The notes beneath the pieces were generated by a model, which saw nothing but the letters and a program-made list of their open reading frames with translations, did no database searches and was not told where the DNA came from. This document shows, one piece after another, positions 58,175 through 64,000 of a stretch of 64,000 bases of DNA. Every line of letters starts with the position of its first letter. The first letter of the stretch is position 1. This stretch comes from a candidate division FCPU426 bacterium. Its GTDB lineage: Bacteria > Oederibacteriota > Muellerivitia > Muellerivitales > Muellerivitaceae. Position numbers and translations under genes: made by a program. Location: positions 192,001-256,000 of the forward strand of contig CAWCKJ010000012.1 of the NCBI GenBank assembly GCA_963796105.1, in the 5' to 3' direction.

Positions 58175-61100
58175 TCAATGGACGACTAAAATTTTCCCTA
58201 TTTTACGGACGGTACCGTTGGCGCCCTGCGCCTCCAGCACATAGAGATACAACCCGCTGGCCACACCCTGGCCCCCCTGGTTCTTCACATCCCATGCCAT
58301 TTTGTTGGCTCCCTCGCTCCCCTGCGCCCCCTTCTCGTAAACCAATTCACCTGTCATCGTGTAGATCCTCAAGGTCACCCTCGCCGCCTGGCTGAGCGTG
58401 TATTGGATAGCTACCGCCTCCCCGCCTCTGGAAATATTCGGCCCAGCCACCACATTCTTCATCACCGCCCCTGACACCCCCGTCGGTGTCGGCCCATTCA
58501 TCACCACTCCACTCACACTCAACGACGCCCCTGTCCCCGCCGCGCATTGGAACGCCAACAACCTGTTTTCATTCTGGTCCGTCACATACAATACCCCTCC
58601 CACCGCCTGGATCCCGAATGGATTGATAAAACTATTCGCCTTCACTACTGTCGACGATGAATAACTCGTCATATTCGGCTGTCCCAATACCACCGCCGCC
58701 GGCGGATTCGCCGTGCCGGTCGGGATCTGGTTGTAAACCAATACCCGCTCGCTTCCCGTATCCGCGATATACATCTGGCAATTCACCGCGCATACTCCCA
58801 TCGGACCGTTCAACTGCGTCGCCGAACACCCATTCGCGTTCGTCGTGAAGCTTTTTTGTCCCACTACCGCGTCCGCCGCCGGGTTGTTCCCGCTTATACT
58901 GTCTATCCCGCTTCCCCCATTATTGTAAATCAACACCCGGTGGTTTCCCGTATCCGCCACATATAGGTTCCCGCTGTCCACCCACAATCCCTTCGGCCCC
59001 GACAATTCTTGCGACGTTACCCCGCTCATTCCGCTGTTAGCCTTGTAACTCGTGAATGTCCCTTGCCCTATCACTTCATCCGCGCTCGCTCCATTCACCG
59101 TCGGCAGTGTGTTGTACACCAGTATCCGGTTGTTATCCAAGTCATCTATAAACAGCCTTGTCCCGTCATAAAATACCCCTGTCGGCGCGTATAACGTATT
59201 CGCCCCGGGCGTCAGCGTCACCCCTTGGTTCGGCTTGTTGCTCACCATGTCCGCCTGCCCGATCACCACGTCCGCTGACCCGTTCGTCGCCCCTAAAGTA
59301 CTTATATTGTTGTAGATCAATACACGGTTGTTCCCTTGGTCCGCCACTATCACTCTTGTCCCATCAGTCCATATCCCCATCGGTGTATTCAATGTGTTCG
59401 AATTTGCCGCCGTTCCCTGGTTCGCCACACTTCCCGTAAATGCCGACTGGCCGATCACCTGCACCGCGCTGGGTTGTATGGCGTTGGGCACAGGACTATA
59501 TACCAGGATCCGGTGACTCCCCGTATCCGCCACTACCATCACGTTCCCAGCCTGGAACACTCCCTCCGGCGAGTGCAATGAGCTCGCGCTTATCGTTGTC
59601 GCGCTGCTTTGCGTCAATGACGCCTGACCTACCGCCCAGCTGGCCGACTGGTCCGTTGAAACACTGCATCCCCCGCACCCAGGCAGCGGCGTTGCCGTCG
59701 GTACTGGCGTCACTGTCGCTGTCGGACTAGAAGTCGGCGTCCAGGTACAGGTGTTTGTCGCCGTGGGCAGCGGCGTCTTCGTTGAAGTCGGTGTATAGCT
59801 ATCCGTCGGCGTATTCGTTGATGTCCTCGTCATGGTCCAAGTCGGGCTGTTCGTCGCGCTCGGTGTGTTGCTCGGCGTATAGGTGTTCGTCTGAGTCCTT
59901 GTATTTGTCGGTGTATATGTGTCCGTCGGCGTCCACGTATTCGTCTGTGTCTTCGTGTTTGTCGGCGTCCATGTGTCTGTGGGTGTTGGGCTCATCGTCC
60001 CCGTCTTCGTCGCTGTCGGCGTGTTTGTGGAAGTGTACGTATTTGTCTGCGTCTGGGTGTTCGTCGCCGTTCTAGTCGAGGTCGGGCTGAATGTCGCCGT
60101 CTGTGTGTAAGTATCTGTCCACGTGAAAGTCGGCGTCGGCGTATTCGTGTCCGGCGGCGTATTCGTCGCAGTCGGCGTGTTCGTCTGCGTCTTGGTATTC
60201 GTCGCCGTATAGGTATTTGTCGGCGTATAAGTATTGGTTGCCGTGCGCGTGGACGTCGGCGTATAGCTTTGCGTCGCCGTATAAGTGTCCGTCCATGTAA
60301 ATGTCTCAGTCGGCGTATTCGTGGATGTCCAGGTGTTCGTCTGCGTATAAGTGTTCGTCACGGTCGCCGTGGGGCTGTTCGTCCTCGTATTCGTCGCCGT
60401 ATAGGTGTTTGTCAGCGTATAGGTATTCGTGACTGTCGGGCTGTTCGTGAAAGTGCTCGTCGGCGGCTGTGTCCCCGTGGGCGTCAAGGTCACCGTCGGC
60501 GTCCAGGTCCTTGTGTTCGTCACCGTCGGGCTCGGCGTCGGTGTGGACGTATTCGTCCAGGTGTTCGTCGCCGTATAGGTGTTCGTTACAGTGGGCGTAG
60601 GTGTGGGTGTCCTCGTATTCGTCGCCGTATAAGTATTCGTCCAGGTGTTCGTGGGAGTGGGCGTGTTGCTGGGTGTCGGGCTATTCGTCGGTGTATGCGT
60701 GTTCGTCGCCGTATTCGTCGGCGTATTTGTTTTGGTGTTCGTCGGGGTGTTCGTATAAGTCGGCGTCGCCGACTGTGTTCCCGTGGATGTGTTTGTTGGC
60801 GTGAAAGTTGCCGTATAGGTGTTCGTTACAGTGTTGGTCGGGGTGTTCGTCCGCGTGTTTGTCGCCGTATAGGTGTTCGTCACCGTGTTGGTTGGCGTGG
60901 AAGTCCTCGTATTCGTCGCCGTATAGGTGTTCGTCCAGGTGTTCGTCGCGGTGGGCGTGTACGTATTCGTGGATGTCGACGTCGCTGTATAAGTGTTCGT
61001 CGGGGTAGGAGTCGGCGTATTTGTCCTCGTACTCGTTGCCGTATAGGTGTTCGTCCAAGTGTTCGTCGGAGTAGGCGTGTACGTATTCGTGGGTGTCGAC

Positions 61101-64000
61101 GTCGCTGTATAAGTGTTCGTCGGGGTAGGAGTCGGCGTATTTGTCCTCGTATTCGTCGCCGAATAGGTGTTCGTCGGCGTATTCGTGGCAGTGGGCGTGT
61201 TCGTCCGGGTTGGCGTATTGGTCGGCGTATAGCTGATCGTCGGGGTATTCGTCGGCGATTGCGTCCCAGTATAGGTGTTCGTCGCTGTGTATGTCGTCGT
61301 ATAGGTTTTCGTTACGGTGGGCGTAGGCGTGTTCGTCCTCGTGGGTGTGGGTGTCGGAGTGTTTGTAGGCGTTGGCGTTGGAGTGGGGCTGTATGTGGAA
61401 GTCCATGTGTTTGTCGCAGTCGGCGTCGGGGTGTTGGTCCTCGTGGGTGTGGGTGTTGGAGTGTTAGTCGAAGTGGGAGTAGGAGTATTGGTCCTTGTAG
61501 GTGTCGGCGTCGGAGTGTTGGTGGGTGTTGGGGTTGGGGTGGGGCTGTATGTGGAAGTCCATGTGTTTGTCGCAGTCGGCGTCGGGGTATTCGTGTGCGT
61601 GGGAGTTGACGTCGAGGTGTTGGTTGGGGTGGGGGTTGGCGTCGGCGTGTATGTATTTGTCGGAGTATTAGTGTTGGTGCGAGTTGGCGACGACGTTGGG
61701 GTGGGCGTAGCGGTATATGTGTTCGTGGCTGTATTCGTCGCAGTGGGTGTTGGCGTGTTGGTACGCGTAGGTGAAGGTGTCGGCGTGTTCGTGGGTGTTG
61801 GTGTTGGGGTGGGCGTATAAGTATTCGTCGGAGTATTAGTATTGGTGTGGGTAGGCGACGGTGTCGGCGTATTCGTTAGGGTATTCGTTCTCGTTGGGGT
61901 CGGAGACGGTGTCGAAGTGTTGGTATTCGTGGGTGTCGGCGTATTGGTCCGAGTTGGTGTCGGTGTCGGGGTGTTGGTCGCGGTGGGGGTGGGTGTAGGA
62001 GTATAGGTGTTTGTGGGTGTTGGCGTATTGGTACGTGTGGGTGACGGAGTCGGGGTGTTTGTGGGTGTGGGTGTCGGCGTATTGGTCCTTGTGGGTGTCG
62101 GCGTCGGTGTATTCGTCGCGGTGGGGGTTGGCGTGGGTGTATTCGTGTTCGTCGGGGTATTGGTGCGGGTGGGTGTCGGGGTGGAAGTGTAAGTATTTGT
62201 CAGAGTAGGCGTGTTTGTTCTCGTCGGCGTGGCCGTAGGCGAATAGGTGTTCGTCAAAGTGGGGGTGGGGGTAGGTGAGTTTGTGGGGGTGCTGGTTAAG
62301 GTGTTCGTCCGGGTCATTGTTGGTGACAAAGTAAATGTGTTGGTCGGAATGACGGTTCCCGAGCAAGTAATATTAACCACGGAACTTGCTGTAACAGGGG
62401 AGTCGACGGATGTCGCGGCGGACGCGGTATTAGTGACAGCCTGGCAGGTAGAACCAGCGGTGACCCAAAATTTCAGGGTGACGGATTGACCGGCGGAAAC
62501 ATCGGGGATGGTCCAAGTGACTTTACCGCCGCTGTAGGTTCCTGTTACCGCCGTATCGGCGGTATTTCCACCCCAAGTAACATCACTTGGCAAGTTATCA
62601 ATGACAGTCACGCCAGGGAAATCCCGGCCTGCCACAGGCCCATTCCCGTAAATTCGACGCCATACTGAACCATCCCATTCCTCAACCAGCACTTGGGTGT
62701 AGGGGGTCGTGGACGTTTGGGTACCATAGGGGTCGTATTGGCTCACAGGGACACTGGTGCCGTCGCCGGCGGTCCAATCCGGGGAAACCGGAAGAGGGTA
62801 GGCCTGCCCTCCGAAGGTAGTGGGCGCATAACCCCCTCCCATCCATGACCAAGCTTTAACGGCAATTGGGCCTCCGGCCCACATGGTGGCTGGCCTCATA
62901 TTGTCCACATTATTTCCGGGCCAGATATCGAAATTGAGTAACGGAACATTGGAATCCAGATCCCCATATTGATTATTGGCAACATCGTTTCCGCTGTATC
63001 GTTGTGTGTACCAGAGATTCGGAATTCCAGCCGTGTTTCCATAAAAGGTCGGGAAGTGGGGGTTTGAGATGGTGGTATCAAACCAACGGAAAACATACCT
63101 TTGGTTCCAGGCCCCGTAGGTGGGATCGGTTCCGGCCACAACCGGCAGCTCTGTCAAAGAGTCCGGAATCCCAATGGTGTTGAAAATGGGGGGAACGGAG
63201 AAATCCGTCACGGTTCGTCCGGTATTCGATCCATAAGTGTTGCTGTTATGGTTGGCCATAATGACGTTGGTTTGCTGGGTGATGGGAAGACCCGTGCCGC
63301 CATAAGGCGTTCCATAGGTTGGATCGTAGAAGAAGAAGGACCAGCGGTAATTGGCGGGATTGATCAGGGGTTCATAGGCCTCAGACCTCAACTGGGAGTA
63401 GAACCCCAGGTAACCATAGGACTCCGTCACAGCCCCGAAACCCGGATATACCTTGGGGCGGCCCCCGTTCAACCAGTAATTGGCGCCTGACAAGCTGGTC
63501 ACAATGACGGAATAGGTAATTGTTCCTCCTGTAGCGACGCTCGTCGGGTTGGCCGATTTGGCGATTGTCAGACCCCGTGAAACGATATCCACGCAGTTGC
63601 GTTTAAATATCATGGAGATCTCATTGGGATAAGAGTTACTGGTCCAATGAAGCGTGCTCCCCACATAGATCTGAGCCGTATTGCAAATCCTCTCGTTTTT
63701 TGCCGCGGGATTCACCTGAACCAGCATGGTCACGGCTCCCATAGTGGATGTTTTGTTAGTCCCGCCCCCGGCGGTGTTCTGCAGGCCCGGAACCGTTCCA
63801 ATGTTCCATTTCACCGTTCCGCTGGAACCCACCGCGGGAGCGCTGGCAGCCGAAGGGCTCGAGGAAACGTAAAAAAGGTCGGTGGGCAAAGCGTCCGATA
63901 TGGTCACCGCGCTCGCGCTGGCCGCGCCGTAATTTCGGTAGGAAAGCGTGTAGGTGAGGGTATCCCCTGCGTAAGCGAAGGTTTTATTGACGGACTTATA
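58175..64000 (-). CDS. Giant exported protein (>1940 aa, 5' end outside the window): DUF11 repeats, ~900-aa Thr/Pro linker, NHL beta-propeller, FlgD-Ig-like tail
   Basis: Frame is open to the window edge ([19 protein letters not shown]...). DUF11-like [13 protein letters not shown] and [14 protein letters not shown] repeats; [12 protein letters not shown] repeats; C-terminal GPN...IYTMTGELV...WD..N..G..VASGLY. Confidence 0.9.
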   Translation of the reverse strand, partial: YKSVNKTFAYAGDTLTYTLSYRNYGAASASAVTISDALPTDLFYVSSSPSAASAPAVGSSGTVKWNIGTVPGLQNTAGGGTNKTSTMGAVTMLVQVNPAAKNERICNTAQIYVGSTLHWTSNSYPNEISMIFKRNCVDIVSRGLTIAKSANPTSVATGGTITYSVIVTSLSGANYWLNGGRPKVYPGFGAVTESYGYLGFYSQLRSEAYEPLINPANYRWSFFFYDPTYGTPYGGTGLPITQQTNVIMANHNSNTYGSNTGRTVTDFSVPPIFNTIGIPDSLTELPVVAGTDPTYGAWNQRYVFRWFDTTISNPHFPTFYGNTAGIPNLWYTQRYSGNDVANNQYGDLDSNVPLLNFDIWPGNNVDNMRPATMWAGGPIAVKAWSWMGGGYAPTTFGGQAYPLPVSPDWTAGDGTSVPVSQYDPYGTQTSTTPYTQVLVEEWDGSVWRRIYGNGPVAGRDFPGVTVIDNLPSDVTWGGNTADTAVTGTYSGGKVTWTIPDVSAGQSVTLKFWVTAGSTCQAVTNTASAATSVDSPVTASSVVNITCSGTVIPTNTFTLSPTMTRTNTLTSTPTNSPTPTPTLTNTYSPTATPTRTNTPTLTNTYTSTPTPTRTNTPTNTNTPTPTPTATNTPTPTPTRTNTPTPTPTNTPTPSPTRTNTPTPTNTYTPTPTPTATNTPTPTPTRTNTPTPTNTNTSTPSPTPTRTNTLTNTPTPSPTHTNTNTPTNTYTPTPTPTPTNTPTPSPTRTNTPTPTATNTATNTYTATPTPTSSPTRTNTNTPTNTYTPTPTPTPTNTSTSTPTHTNTPTPTATNTWTSTYSPTPTPTPTNTPTPTPTRTNTPTPTSTNTPTPTPTRTNTPTPTATNTWTSTYSPTPTPTPTNTPTPTPTRTNTPTPTVTKTYTTTYTATNTYTGTQSPTNTPTISYTPTNTPTRTNTPTATNTPTNTYSATNTRTNTPTPTPTNTYTATSTPTNTYTPTPTNTWTNTYTATSTRTNTPTPTPTNTYTATSTSTNTYTPTATNTWTNTYTATNTRTSTPTNTVTNTYTATNTRTNTPTNTVTNTYTATFTPTNTSTGTQSATPTYTNTPTNTKTNTPTNTATNTHTPTNSPTPSNTPTPTNTWTNTYTATNTRTPTPTPTVTNTYTATNTWTNTSTPTPSPTVTNTRTWTPTVTLTPTGTQPPTSTFTNSPTVTNTYTLTNTYTATNTRTNSPTATVTNTYTQTNTWTSTNTPTETFTWTDTYTATQSYTPTSTRTATNTYTPTNTYTATNTKTQTNTPTATNTPPDTNTPTPTFTWTDTYTQTATFSPTSTRTATNTQTQTNTYTSTNTPTATKTGTMSPTPTDTWTPTNTKTQTNTWTPTDTYTPTNTRTQTNTYTPSNTPSATNSPTWTMTRTSTNTPTDSYTPTSTKTPLPTATNTCTWTPTSSPTATVTPVPTATPLPGCGGCSVSTDQSASWAVGQASLTQSSATTISASSLHSPEGVFQAGNVMVVADTGSHRILVYSPVPNAIQPSAVQVIGQSAFTGSVANQGTAANSNTLNTPMGIWTDGTRVIVADQGNNRVLIYNNISTLGATNGSADVVIGQADMVSNKPNQGVTLTPGANTLYAPTGVFYDGTRLFIDDLDNNRILVYNTLPTVNGASADEVIGQGTFTSYKANSGMSGVTSQELSGPKGLWVDSGNLYVADTGNHRVLIYNNGGSGIDSISGNNPAADAVVGQKSFTTNANGCSATQLNGPMGVCAVNCQMYIADTGSERVLVYNQIPTGTANPPAAVVLGQPNMTSYSSSTVVKANSFINPFGIQAVGGVLYVTDQNENRLLAFQCAAGTGASLSVSGVVMNGPTPTGVSGAVMKNVVAGPNISRGGEAVAIQYTLSQAARVTLRIYTMTGELVYEKGAQGSEGANKMAWDVKNQGGQGVASGLYLYVLEAQGANGTVRKIGKILVVH

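Noticed and set aside
60072..62366. Alternative-frame and antisense ORFs in the Thr/Pro region (Arg-rich, Val/Gly-rich, His/Asp-rich)
   Set aside because: Shadows of the low-complexity coding repeat.

Overview
Bacterial chromosomal segment, almost all genes on the minus strand. The core is a Firmicutes-like backbone, read in the direction of transcription: rpsF-ssb-rpsR-DUF2232-rplI ... dnaB-alr-mlaEFD ... radA ... ispD-ispF-gltX-cysE-cysS ... rlmB-tRNA(Thr,Tyr,Gly) ... tRNA-Thr-tuf-rpmG-tRNA-Trp-secE-nusG-rplKAJL, then tmk-holB instead of rpoBC. The Mla transporter suggests a diderm cell. A giant Thr/Pro-rich surface protein with a FlgD-Ig tail suggests an uncultured lineage such as FCPU426 (inference only). 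About 18 kb of accessory DNA separates rplI from dnaB. It holds a type I restriction-modification operon whose hsdS is split by an intact IS1595-family element, a PIN-like gene coupled to hsdS, and three adjacent non-coding tandem arrays with a 21/22-bp period between hsdR and hsdM. It also holds single-gene cassettes separated by repeated 5' fragments of one small gene, vapBC, an orphan Panacea-like antitoxin, and a GC-rich tandem kinase-like gene paired with GTP-PEPCK. Other points: a second, atypical PEPCK-like gene splitting the tuf tRNA cluster, a candidate structured RNA upstream of alr, paired DnaA boxes upstream of dnaB, and several MITE/REP-like repeats. All family assignments come from motif recognition by eye, not database searches.
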